Positions 40,134 through 49,641 of a stretch of 64,000 nt of DNA are shown piece by piece. The position numbers were made by a program, and so were the translations under genes. The notes below the pieces were generated by a model. That model did not search any database, was not told where the DNA came from, and worked only from the letters and a program-made list of their open reading frames with translations. The DNA is taken from positions 2,336,001-2,400,000 of the forward strand of contig CAWGAA010000001.1 of the NCBI GenBank assembly GCA_963820525.1. The letters are read 5' to 3'. The stretch comes from an uncultured Spirochaetota bacterium. GTDB lineage: Bacteria; Spirochaetota; Spirochaetia; SZUA-6; Fen-1364. How positions within the stretch are numbered: the stretch's first letter is position 1; every line of letters begins with the position of its first letter.

Positions 40134-40937
40134 TCAGACCGGAGCCTTGCTCATCAGACCTTTCGCCATCCTGACGAGAAGCCCTCTCGGCGCCAGGCGC
40201 GCCAAGGCCATCATGAGCTTGTTGTACCAACCCGAAACGATCTTCCGCCTTCCTCTCATCATGGCCCGGTAGCCGATACGGGCAACCGCATCCGCCGACA
40301 TCGCATTGGCCTTCACTAATTTGATATTCTCGGTATTGGCCCTGGAGCTGAAACCGGTGACGGTGTTGCCGGGGCAGAGAATGGTCATGGTCACGCCGGT
40401 GCCGGAAAGCTCTTCCGAGATTGCCAGCGAAAAGCTCAACACGAAAGCCTTAGTCGCACAGTACACGGCCATCAAAGGAGAAGGAACGAAAGAACCGGTA
40501 GAGCCGATGTTCAGGATCCTGCCCCGGTGCCTCCCCATCATGCCGGGCAGCATCAGCTGTGTGAGGTGAACCAGGGACTCGACGTTCACCTGGATCATCT
40601 GCCGCTGGGTTTCCCAGTTGGACCCCGCGAATGGGCCCCAATCGCCGAACCCGGCGTTGTTCACCAGCACATCGACGGTGATTCCCCGGGCGTCGAGCTC
40701 TGAGCCGATTTCGGCAGGCGCGCCGGGGGCGGCGAGGTCTTTCGCGATGGTGAGGGCATCGCTGCCGTGCTCGTCGCGCAGCCGGGCTGCGGCCTGCGCG
40801 AGCCTTTCGGGGCTGCGCGCCACAAGCACGAGGTCATAGCCCTTGGCGGCGAAGAGACGGGCGATCTCGAAGCCGATCCCTCCGGAGGCGCCCGTGATCA
40901 GGGCCGTCTGGCGGCGATTCGGCTGTCCCTCAGGCAT
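40134..40937 (-). CDS. Short-chain dehydrogenase/reductase
   Basis: TGASGGIG, VNNAG, YCATK. Confidence 0.93.
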   Translation of the reverse strand: MPEGQPNRRQTALITGASGGIGFEIARLFAAKGYDLVLVARSPERLAQAAARLRDEHGSDALTIAKDLAAPGAPAEIGSELDARGITVDVLVNNAGFGDWGPFAGSNWETQRQMIQVNVESLVHLTQLMLPGMMGRHRGRILNIGSTGSFVPSPLMAVYCATKAFVLSFSLAISEELSGTGVTMTILCPGNTVTGFSSRANTENIKLVKANAMSADAVARIGYRAMMRGRRKIVSGWYNKLMMALARLAPRGLLVRMAKGLMSKAPV

Positions 40938-41141
40938 GCGAGGTCCCTCCTGGTGAAAGTATACTCCGAGCTATCGCTGCTCTGTCAATGCTCGACCGGC
41001 GACGCGCAGCCTCCTCGTGGTGCGGTCATCCGACGGGGCCGCGCGCGCATCAACCGGCGCGTCCGGCAGCGGGGCAGCCGCGAGAACCTGGCGACGCGGC
41101 GGTGGATGGGGTTTCATGCGCCGGTTGAGCTTACGCCGGCG

Positions 41142-41984
41142 TCACCCCTTCACGGCGCCCGAGGTGAGCCCTTCCACGAGGCGCCTCTGCACGAAGGAGA
41201 ACATGATGATGGTGGGAACGATCGTGAGGACGGTGGCGGCCGCCACCTGCCCCCAGCGGAGGATGAGGGCGCTTCCCAGCCGCTGAAGGGCCAGGGTCAC
41301 GGTCGCGGTGTGCTGGCTCTGGGAGATGACCGACACGACCAGATAGTCGCCCCAGGAGACCACGAAGGAATAGAACGCCGCGACGGCGATCCCCGGGGCG
41401 GACATGGGAAGCACGACCCGGATGAGGATCTGAAAGAGGTTGCATCCGTCGATGCGCCCCGAGTCCTCGATGTCCTTGGGGAGGTTGTCGAAGTAGCCCT
41501 TCAGCATCCACACGGCGAAGGGAAGCACCAGCATGAGCTGCCCCAGGACCACGCCGAGGATCGTGTTGAAAAGTCCGATGGAAAAAATCACGTTGTAGAT
41601 GGGGATCAGGAGGAGCACCACGGGAAACATCTGGGTGGAGAAGACCCCCATGATGTAGGCGTTTTTCGCGCGAAGCTGGTAGCGGGAAAGCCCATAGGCT
41701 CCCAGGATCGACAAAAGCATTGCGAGCGCCGTCACCAGGAGCCCGATACGGATCGAGTTCCAGAAGTAGATGGGAAAGTCGGTGACGGAGAGGATGATGC
41801 GATAGTTTTCCAGGGTAAAGAGCCGCGAGGGAGTCGCGATCTTCCCGCTGAACAGCGCGTCGGGCGCCCGGAAGGAGCTGTAGATGATCCACAGCATCGG
41901 GCTGATGAAGAAGAACAGCGCCGCTATGCAGACGATGTACGTGGCGGCGATACGCGCCACGTTCCTCTGGCTCTTCGTCAACAT
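41142..41984 (-). CDS. Carbohydrate ABC permease (MalG-like)
   Basis: EAA-loop variant IEDSGRIDG, FVQRRLVEGLTSGAVKG. Confidence 0.92.
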   Translation of the reverse strand: MLTKSQRNVARIAATYIVCIAALFFFISPMLWIIYSSFRAPDALFSGKIATPSRLFTLENYRIILSVTDFPIYFWNSIRIGLLVTALAMLLSILGAYGLSRYQLRAKNAYIMGVFSTQMFPVVLLLIPIYNVIFSIGLFNTILGVVLGQLMLVLPFAVWMLKGYFDNLPKDIEDSGRIDGCNLFQILIRVVLPMSAPGIAVAAFYSFVVSWGDYLVVSVISQSQHTATVTLALQRLGSALILRWGQVAAATVLTIVPTIIMFSFVQRRLVEGLTSGAVKG

Positions 41985-41988
41985 ACCG

Positions 41989-42864
41989 TCACCTCTGCTG
42001 CCTTTCATAGATGCGGATGTACACGAGGAAGTAGATCATGAGCAGAACGAACATCACCGTCCCGATGCTCGACGCATAGCCCACGATGTAGGAGGACCAC
42101 GCCATCTGGTACAGGTACACGGGGAGCACCTCCGTGGCGAAAACCGGCCCGCCTCCCGTGGTCAGGTAGACCATGTCGAAGTTGTTGAAGGTCCACAGCA
42201 CGTGGATCGTCACCATGACGATGACCATGTTGCGCGCTCCGGGCACCGTGACCGCCATGAATCGCCGCCACGGCCCCGCCCCGTCGATCTCCGCGGCCTC
42301 ATAGAGACTCTTGGGGATCGCCTGGATGGCGGCCAGGAGCGCGATGCCGTAGAACGGGACATTGCGCCAGAGGTGCAGGAGGATGATGAAGGGAAAGGCG
42401 AAGGTGATGTCGCCGAACCAGTACCTGTTGGCATTGATGCCGAAGAGCTTCAGCACGATGTTGACGTATCCATAGCCGGGCTCGGTCATGAACTGGAACA
42501 TCACCGCCGTGGCCGCCACCGGGATCACCCAGCTCGCCATGACGACGCTTCTGAAAAGGCGGATAAAGGGGATTTCCTGCTTGAGGGCGAGCGCCAGGAT
42601 GAAGCCGAAGACAAGCTGGAGGATCACCGCCGCGGCGGTCAGGACCAGGGAGTGCCACAGAGACTCCCAGAACACGGGGTCCGCCGCGAGCTGCCGGTAG
42701 TTGGCGAGGCCCGTGTAGAGAAAGCCCTTGGCGAGGAGGTTGGAGTTCGTGAAGGACAGTCGGATCCCCTCGAAAAGGGGAAGCACCGAAAAGAGGGCCA
42801 TGATGAGAAGGGTCGGAAGGATGAGAGGGAGCGCGCTGTTCTCTCGCACGAATCGCGGTCTCAC
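41989..42864 (-). CDS. Carbohydrate ABC permease (MalF-like)
   Basis: GLANY, LYEAAEIDGA, TGGGP. Confidence 0.92.
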   Translation of the reverse strand: MRPRFVRENSALPLILPTLLIMALFSVLPLFEGIRLSFTNSNLLAKGFLYTGLANYRQLAADPVFWESLWHSLVLTAAAVILQLVFGFILALALKQEIPFIRLFRSVVMASWVIPVAATAVMFQFMTEPGYGYVNIVLKLFGINANRYWFGDITFAFPFIILLHLWRNVPFYGIALLAAIQAIPKSLYEAAEIDGAGPWRRFMAVTVPGARNMVIVMVTIHVLWTFNNFDMVYLTTGGGPVFATEVLPVYLYQMAWSSYIVGYASSIGTVMFVLLMIYFLVYIRIYERQQR

Positions 42865-43001
42865 GAATACCCTCTGGAGCGAACCTTAAACCTTTTACCC
42901 GGGTGGGGCAAGATCATCATCGGTTGATGAAGAGAAATCGGCCGGCTCCCTTCGGCGCCTCAGCGCGGGAGAGAGCCGGCCAGTACGGGAAACTCGAGGG
43001 C

Positions 43002-44321
43002 TTAGATCTGGCCGCTCTGCATCAGGCCCTGGATCGTGTCGAACAAATATTGGGCCGCGTCATGAGGCGACTTCTGATCGTAGATCACGTAGTCGACGGC
43101 CCGCATCTCGGCGTCCGATACGGGACCCCAGTTGACAGGCTCCTGAGCATGCGCATGCGGCAGCAGGGCGGCGAACATCTTGATCCAGTTGCCCAGAGGG
43201 CCCTGGAAGGCGGGGAGATCCAGCGAGTCCCGCCGGGCGGGGATTCCGCCCGAGCTGGAGTCCCATCCCGCCATCTCCTCCTTGGACGTGATGAACTGGA
43301 TGAGCTTCCACGCCGCGTCCTTGTCCTTGGCAAAGTGGTTCATCATGATCGGCTTCACCTCGAGGTATGTGGAAGCCGCCATGCCGGCGGGGTACGGAAG
43401 CGTGGTGACGATGGAAGTGTCCAGGATGTCGCCCGCCGTCTGGTCGCCTGAACGCCTGCCCCACAGCCACGGTCCCTCGGGGGCCATGGCCCACTTGCCC
43501 GAGGTGTATCCCGGATCCTCGCTGGGCCAGCCGTTTCCGCGCTCATCGGGGCTCACGGCGGGGAAGTCGCCGGAGAAGGCCTTGTCATAGAGGGTGAAGA
43601 TCTTCTCGAACTGATCCACCGTCGCATTGAAGGTCTTCTTTCCGCCGGACACGGTGAACATGGGCTTTCCGCCGCTCACCTGGAAGTACCACGAGATGAA
43701 CTCCTGGGGAGCGCGGGGATCCCCCACCTTGGAGCAGAGGAACAACCCCCACATCTGCTTGTTGCTCGCCTTGGTAATGGCCTGGGCCGTGGTGATGAGA
43801 TCGTCCCAGGTCTTGGGCACCGGGAGATTGTACTGCGCCAGCACGTCCTTCCTGTAGATGAGCCCGCGCGCGTTGGTGTTGTAGGGGATGCCGTAGAGGT
43901 GGCCGTTGATGGTCAGCGGCGCGAGAGTGGCGGGGACGAACTGGTCCTTTTCACTCCAGGCGTTGAAGTAGCTGTCCAGCGGCTCGATGACTCCCTTGTC
44001 CACGTACACGGCCGTGTCCTCCAGCAGCCCCTCCACGACATCGGGGGCGCCGCTTGCGGCCTGGACGAGATAGGTCGTTCGAAGCTTTCCATAGTCTCCA
44101 GGCCCGAAGAAGTCGGCCACCGCGTACTGCGGCAGTGCAGTTTTCACGTTGGCCACCCATGCCTTGACGTAATCGGGGGACACTTCCTGGGTGACGAAGG
44201 GCATGTTCCAGAAGGAAAGCGCCTTTCCCTTTTCCTTCCCGCCGGCTGCAAACAGCGTCGCGACGCTCACAACCATGACCGCCACGACGATCAGAAGCAC
44301 GATTAACCGCTTACTCCACAT
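43002..44321 (-). CDS. Carbohydrate ABC substrate-binding protein
   Basis: Signal ending LFAAGGKE; YGIPY, YRKD, PKTWDDL; first gene of the permease operon. Confidence 0.9.
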   Translation of the reverse strand: MWSKRLIVLLIVVAVMVVSVATLFAAGGKEKGKALSFWNMPFVTQEVSPDYVKAWVANVKTALPQYAVADFFGPGDYGKLRTTYLVQAASGAPDVVEGLLEDTAVYVDKGVIEPLDSYFNAWSEKDQFVPATLAPLTINGHLYGIPYNTNARGLIYRKDVLAQYNLPVPKTWDDLITTAQAITKASNKQMWGLFLCSKVGDPRAPQEFISWYFQVSGGKPMFTVSGGKKTFNATVDQFEKIFTLYDKAFSGDFPAVSPDERGNGWPSEDPGYTSGKWAMAPEGPWLWGRRSGDQTAGDILDTSIVTTLPYPAGMAASTYLEVKPIMMNHFAKDKDAAWKLIQFITSKEEMAGWDSSSGGIPARRDSLDLPAFQGPLGNWIKMFAALLPHAHAQEPVNWGPVSDAEMRAVDYVIYDQKSPHDAAQYLFDTIQGLMQSGQI

Positions 44322-45049
44322 GCTTTTTCACTCCTTTTCCGAAAAAAACTCTCTGGTGAGAGACTTCGGGGCCAGAAGGCTCGCGGCACCCCCGAGCCTT
44401 CCCTCAAGACTGCTCTCCGGCACCTCCTTCCGCCGACAAAATCGGCCTGGTTTGGGCGCGTCTTTTCAGCGGGATTGATGCGCGCGTCATACTTTCGAGT
44501 TTCCTTTTAAAAAAGTACTCAAGCGGCGCCCTCAGGGGCAACATTGTCCTCTGGAATACGGTCCAACTGGAGGAGGTCTCCAGGCGCGCCACCGCCCTAG
44601 CTGCCTGCGCAGAGGATGAAGCCTGATCCCTGGCTGCATGCTCACGTGTACCTCCACCGAACAGCAGGGGAACGGCCAGGAGCGGGGCGGCAATGAAGAG
44701 AGCTTGAAACTTCATTCCCGTTAGTATCCGAATAGCCTTATTATTGCATGAACCGAGCCAACCGGGGGCAGCGGAGAAGAAAGCCCTTCATTTTGATATC
44801 TCATAAGAAATAAAAGAGTTTTTTCTGCTCCGGGCATTGCGCTCCATCCCAGCCGCGGAACGCCGCCTTTACTCGAATTGGGTAAACGTGAGTAGGAGTG
44901 GGAAGCCTTGTAAATAGTCTTTCTGCTCATCCCGAGCTCGCGTGAGGCACGGGAGGCTCTACCCTCGGCCGTCACTTGCCGGCATCCGTTAGCCACCGAG
45001 AAAGCGCTCTGCCTTGACATCTCCGCCCCGTATCTCCCATACATGAGGG

Positions 45050-45814
45050 ATGGCATGCTCGTGGCGGCGGGGCGTCAGACAGCGTCCCCTGGTGATCGGT
45101 CATCGGGGCTATAAGGCACGCTACCCGGAAAACACGCTCCTTTCCTTCCGCGAGGCCTTCGCCGCGGGCGCCGACGGGGTGGAGTGCGATGTTCAGAAAA
45201 CGGGGGACGGCCGGTACGCGATCATCCATGACGCCACGTTGGGCAGGGTCGCGGGCAGCGGGCTCGCCGTGGGCGAGTCGAGTCTCCGCCGGCTCAAGGA
45301 GCTCGACGTCGGCCGAGTGGAGAAGATCCCCGAGCTTGCCGAGCTCCTGGAGGCGATCCCGCCGGCCCGGCTTCTGGATCTGGAGCTGAAGACCGACACG
45401 CTTTCGGTCCGGGATTGCCGGCGCATCCGCGGCATCCTTTCAGCGGCAATCGCGCCGCGTCGGGTCATGATCTCTTCGTTCGAGCCGCGGCTCCTTTTCC
45501 CCTTCCGCCGCTCGGGCTTCACGGTTGGCCTTCTCATTGGAAGCCAAACGGCATCCCACGGCGCGGCGCGGCTTGCGCTCCTTCTGGGGCGGCTTCGTCC
45601 ATCGTTTCTCAACGTGCCCCTTCAGGCCGTCGACATCCTGGGAAAGCGCACGGCCCGCTTGCTCGCCTTTGCGCTGCGCATTGCGGGAATCTCCCTCCTG
45701 CTCTGGACGGTGAATGGAGAACGGGAGATCGAAAAGTCCCGGGGGCTCGCCTGCGCCCTGGTGACGGATGATCTTGCGGGCACCCTCGCGTCTATCGCTC
45801 AGTGGGTGAAGTGA
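45050..45814 (+). CDS. Glycerophosphodiester phosphodiesterase
   Basis: IGHRG, PENTL, GADGVECDV, HD.TL, ELK, ISSF, WTVN. Confidence 0.9.
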   Translation: MACSWRRGVRQRPLVIGHRGYKARYPENTLLSFREAFAAGADGVECDVQKTGDGRYAIIHDATLGRVAGSGLAVGESSLRRLKELDVGRVEKIPELAELLEAIPPARLLDLELKTDTLSVRDCRRIRGILSAAIAPRRVMISSFEPRLLFPFRRSGFTVGLLIGSQTASHGAARLALLLGRLRPSFLNVPLQAVDILGKRTARLLAFALRIAGISLLLWTVNGEREIEKSRGLACALVTDDLAGTLASIAQWVK

Positions 45815-45827
45815 GTATCTTTACTCC

Positions 45828-46235
45828 ATGAAGACTCAATCCATCACGGTATCCGCCACCATCCCCGCTCCACCGAAACGCGTATACGAGGCCTGGATGA
45901 GCGGCAAGGAGCATGGGGCCATGACAGGGGGACAGGCAAAGGTCACGGCCCGGGTTGGCGGCAAGTTCAGCGCCTGGGACGGATATATCGAGGGCAAGAC
46001 CCTTGAGCTCGAGCCGAACAAGAAAATCGTGCAGGCATGGCGCACGAGCGAGTTCCCGCAGGATGCCCCCGACTCCCGCCTGGAGATAACATTGAAGCGG
46101 GAGAAGTCCGGCACCCGCATCACCCTCAGGCATACCGAGATCCCCAGCGGACAGGCCGCCGGCTACAAGAAGGGCTGGATCGATTTCTACTTCAAGCCGA
46201 TGAAGGATTACTTCAAGACCGCGTCCGGCAAATAG
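45828..46235 (+). CDS. SRPBCC/AHSA1-like protein
   Basis: VYEAW, VGGKFSAWDGYIEG, IVQAWR, GW..FY..PMK.YF. Confidence 0.88.
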   Translation: MKTQSITVSATIPAPPKRVYEAWMSGKEHGAMTGGQAKVTARVGGKFSAWDGYIEGKTLELEPNKKIVQAWRTSEFPQDAPDSRLEITLKREKSGTRITLRHTEIPSGQAAGYKKGWIDFYFKPMKDYFKTASGK

Positions 46236-46329
46236 TCGTGCTGGAGCAAAGGCCGGCCAGCCGCGCGAGGAACGCGCGCGCACCGGCCCTTGCTCCGACG
46301 CAGGGAAGAGGCGGCTCCGGCGGCGCCTC

Positions 46330-47067
46330 TCATCCCAGCTTCCTGCTAAAGAAAGTTACCATCTGACGGTAGGCGTCCTCCGCCATGTCGCTCCTCGCGA
46401 GCTGGCCGTTCTGCACCATGAAGCCGTGGGGAAGCCCCTGATAGACCTTGAGCTCGAAGTACTTGCCCGCCTTCTGCAAGGCTTGGGCGTACTGGAATGT
46501 GTTGGCGATCGGGCTCGCCTGGTCGGCGCTTCCATGGATCATGAGCAGGGGACTGTTCAGTGAATCGATCTCGTCGGCAGGCTTCACGGGCTGTGCCGCT
46601 GTGCCGCCATTATAGGGGAAGCCGTACCATGCGACCGCGGCCTTGAAATCCATGATCTGGGGAAGCAGAAGCTCCGTGTACCTCCCGCCCGCACAGAAAC
46701 CGGTGAGACCGAGCCTCTGGGGATCCACGTCGGCTCTTGCCTTCAAGAACGCCATCGCATCCCTGACAAGCTGGCCCACGACAGCATCGGATGGGCTCTT
46801 ATCGAAGGTCTGCCACCCGACTGCCAGGACGACAAACCCGTCGGACGCCATGCGGTCCACCATATCCTTGTATCCCTGCTCAAGGCCGTTGAAGGAATGG
46901 ACGAGGACGATTCCCGGCTTCATGCCCGCCGTCTGCGGAGCCGACAGGTACGATGCATAAGCCTTTCCGCCGCTTACCACATTCACGGCGGATCCCATGT
47001 TCTGGGCCATCGCGGGCACGGCGGCAAGAATCAGGAGATATATGACAGGGAAACTGCGTGTTTTCAC
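46330..47067 (-). CDS. Dienelactone hydrolase family protein (secreted)
   Basis: GFCAGG nucleophile, HG..D, Y...HGF; signal peptide. Confidence 0.9.
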   Translation of the reverse strand: MKTRSFPVIYLLILAAVPAMAQNMGSAVNVVSGGKAYASYLSAPQTAGMKPGIVLVHSFNGLEQGYKDMVDRMASDGFVVLAVGWQTFDKSPSDAVVGQLVRDAMAFLKARADVDPQRLGLTGFCAGGRYTELLLPQIMDFKAAVAWYGFPYNGGTAAQPVKPADEIDSLNSPLLMIHGSADQASPIANTFQYAQALQKAGKYFELKVYQGLPHGFMVQNGQLARSDMAEDAYRQMVTFFSRKLG

Positions 47068-47156
47068 AAAAACCTCCTCCGGAGCGTTCCACGCGGGGGC
47101 GCCGGAACGTTCCGATAGGAGGAATATACTAAGCCGTCACACGAGAGTGAGATCCC

Positions 47157-48752
47157 CTATGCGCGGGGCAGGCGAACCTCGAAGACCGCGCCGCCGGACT
47201 TTCCGTTCGACGCCTCCACGGTTCCCCCGCAGCCATCGACAATCGCCTTCACGATGGCAAGCCCGAGGCCCGAATGAAGCCTTCCCGGGTTTCCCTGCGG
47301 CCTGAAAGTAAAAAACCGCTCGAATATCTTCGAGATGTGCTCGTCGGGAATCCCCAGCCCCTGGTCTGATACGCGGATGCAGACCTCATCGCCGTCATTT
47401 TCAATATCGATGCGCACGCAGCCGCCCTCTGGAGAAAAACCGACGGCGTTGTCCACGAGGTTTTCCAATACCTCGAGGAGCCTCTCCGGCGGGACCGCGA
47501 CCTGCTCGCAGTCCCCACTCACCAGGAGCTTCACGCTGTGCGCCACACGGCGGCGCCGCATCCCCTCGATCATGCCCTCCGCGATCGCCTTTGGATCTAC
47601 CGGCCGGGCCTCCACGCCGTGCGTTTCCGAATCCAGCCGTGAAAGCTCACGCACTGCCGAGAGCATCCGTTCCATCCTGCTCACGTCTTCCAGAACGAAA
47701 GAAACAAGGTCCTCGCGGCGGTGCTCGTCCTGCTCGCGAGAGAGCAGCTCGGAGGCCGAGCGGATTGAGGCAAGAGGATTCTTGAACTCATGAGAGATGT
47801 CGGAAGCGAACGACTCGGCCAGCCGGATCTGCCTCTCTATGCTCAGCGTGAGCTCGCCGAAGCGGCGCGACAGGTCGCCTATCTCGTCCCGGCGGCGCGT
47901 CGGTGGAAGCCGCCCGCGGAGCCTCCCGCTCTTGTCCAGGATGAGTCCGGCCTGGGCACGAAGGCGGCGCAGGGGGACTGTGATCGTTGCCGAAACCAGG
48001 AGGCTCAAGACCGCCGCGGTGCCGACGGAGTAGAGAAAAAGGGTGAAGATATCGAGGCGCAGGGCATAGAGGTCTGAGAGGATGCGGTAGGTGGACTGGG
48101 AGACCAGAACGGCTCCCACCACTCCTCTCTTGCCCGTTACCGGGATGGCGCTGTACAGGGTCACGGATCGCTGCCCTGCGGCGGATACGCGCGTGGCGGC
48201 CCCATAGCGGCCGTCAAGGGCTGCCTGGATCTCGGGCCCCGAAAGAACGCGGGCGCCTGAATAGAAATCCGCGGATTCCAGCGGGGGCTGGGGCGGGCGA
48301 AAGAGCTTCCGGTATGCCTTGATGGGAAACAAAGCAAGACGATAGAGGAGTGTCTCGCGCGTGTCCCGGCCGCGTTCGATGCCGGCGGACCCGGCTTCGC
48401 CCACAGCCTCGTCCTGCCCCATCGGTTGCGCTGCCCTAGGCGAAGAGGCGCGGCTGGAATCAGCCAGAAGCGCCCCCCGAATGTCCACGACCCTGATGCG
48501 CGCCTCCTGCCGCTGCCGCATGGCGTCCAGGATGCGCCGTGAGTTCGGTCCCAGCTCTCCGGGAGCCGAGCCGTCCAATGCGGCCGCGAGAACCCTTCCC
48601 TGTTGAACCAGGGCATGCTCCAGATCTTGGAGAAGCTGCCGCTCGTAGGTGCCCAAGGAGAGAATTCCGGCAATGGGAAGGAACGCTATGAGAAAGTTGA
48701 AGGCGAAGATGCGCACAGAAATGCGTGAGGCGAATGCCAGGAGCTTCTTCAC
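47157..48752 (-). CDS. Sensor histidine kinase, ChvG/CreC-like
   Basis: FASDISHEFKNPLASIRSA, NLVDNAVGFSP, IFERFFT.RP, HSGLGLAI. Confidence 0.9.
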   Translation of the reverse strand: MKKLLAFASRISVRIFAFNFLIAFLPIAGILSLGTYERQLLQDLEHALVQQGRVLAAALDGSAPGELGPNSRRILDAMRQRQEARIRVVDIRGALLADSSRASSPRAAQPMGQDEAVGEAGSAGIERGRDTRETLLYRLALFPIKAYRKLFRPPQPPLESADFYSGARVLSGPEIQAALDGRYGAATRVSAAGQRSVTLYSAIPVTGKRGVVGAVLVSQSTYRILSDLYALRLDIFTLFLYSVGTAAVLSLLVSATITVPLRRLRAQAGLILDKSGRLRGRLPPTRRRDEIGDLSRRFGELTLSIERQIRLAESFASDISHEFKNPLASIRSASELLSREQDEHRREDLVSFVLEDVSRMERMLSAVRELSRLDSETHGVEARPVDPKAIAEGMIEGMRRRRVAHSVKLLVSGDCEQVAVPPERLLEVLENLVDNAVGFSPEGGCVRIDIENDGDEVCIRVSDQGLGIPDEHISKIFERFFTFRPQGNPGRLHSGLGLAIVKAIVDGCGGTVEASNGKSGGAVFEVRLPRA

Positions 48753-48755
48753 GGC

Positions 48756-49466
48756 TCACTCGCGCCAGCGGTAGCCCAGCCCGTAGATCGTCTCGATCCC
48801 ATCAAAGGCCGGGTCCACGTCGCACAGCTTCCGCCGTATCCGCTTGATGTGGCAGTCCACCGTCCTGTCGCTCATGTACGCGTCTTGGGGGAACGCCGCG
48901 GAGAGCAGATCTTCACGCGAACGTACGAAGCCGGGCTGTCGGGCGAGAGCGGAAAGGATTCGAAACTCGGTCACCGTAAGCCTCACAGGCTTGTCGTTCC
49001 ACGCGGCGGAGAACCGGTCCGCGTCCATAACGAGATGCCCGGAAGAAATCCCTTCGCCCAAGCCCGGCTCCCGCCCCTCCACGGCGATGCCGGCCCTACG
49101 GAAGAGGACCCGCACGCGCGCAACCAGCTCCCGCAGGGAAAAGGGCTTGCAGAGGTAGTCGTCGGCGCCCAGCTCCAGCCCCAGCACCCGGTCGAACTCC
49201 TCGTCGCGGGACGTGAGAAAGATGACGGGGACCTTCTCGGATACGGAGCGTATCCTGCGGCACAGCTCCAGGCCGTCCATGCGCGGCATGACGATATCGA
49301 GGATCACGAGGTCGGGAAGGTCCTTCTCGAGCTCTTGCCATGCCGAAAGGCCGTCGGGGTAGCAGCGCGCCGCGAAGCCCTCTTCGCCGAGGGCTTGGGA
49401 CAGAGTGGCCCGGAGATGATCCTCGTCGTCGACGATCGCGATGAGCGGTTGGCGGAGGCTGGGCAT
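48756..49466 (-). CDS. Response regulator, ChvI/CreB-like
   Basis: LDIVMPRMDG, LTVTEF, DRTVDCHIKRIRRK, FDGIETIYGLGYRW. Confidence 0.9.
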   Translation of the reverse strand: MPSLRQPLIAIVDDEDHLRATLSQALGEEGFAARCYPDGLSAWQELEKDLPDLVILDIVMPRMDGLELCRRIRSVSEKVPVIFLTSRDEEFDRVLGLELGADDYLCKPFSLRELVARVRVLFRRAGIAVEGREPGLGEGISSGHLVMDADRFSAAWNDKPVRLTVTEFRILSALARQPGFVRSREDLLSAAFPQDAYMSDRTVDCHIKRIRRKLCDVDPAFDGIETIYGLGYRWRE

Positions 49467-49507
49467 CGATTCTCATTCTACCACGCCGGGCAGCTGGATG
49501 CTAATCC

Positions 49508-49568
49508 TTGCCATGCCTGTCGCCCAATGACTGCAACATTCCCGCCACAATCTTGCCCAAGAGAAACC
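49508..49568. promoter_or_regulatory. GCC direct-repeat array at ~11-bp period, candidate response-regulator site
   Basis: GCC/GCA/ACC at 49510, 49522, 49533, 49544, 49555 and 49566, between the divergent regulator and creD. Confidence 0.45.
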
Positions 49569-49641
49569 ACGAGGATGGCGGGATTCAGCCACGGTGGCCC
49601 GATACCCTTCACTTCAGAATCCGATCGAAAAGGAGAGAAGA

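Noticed and set aside
41050..41128. 11-bp inverted repeats (TCAACCGGCGC) flanking ~57 nt as a MITE
   Set aside because: It is single copy in the window with no target duplication seen; more likely an operon-end structure.
49467..49641. Enteric cre-tag (TTCAC-N6-TTCAC) upstream of creD
   Set aside because: Only one TTCAC is present, and the repeat spacing is not met.
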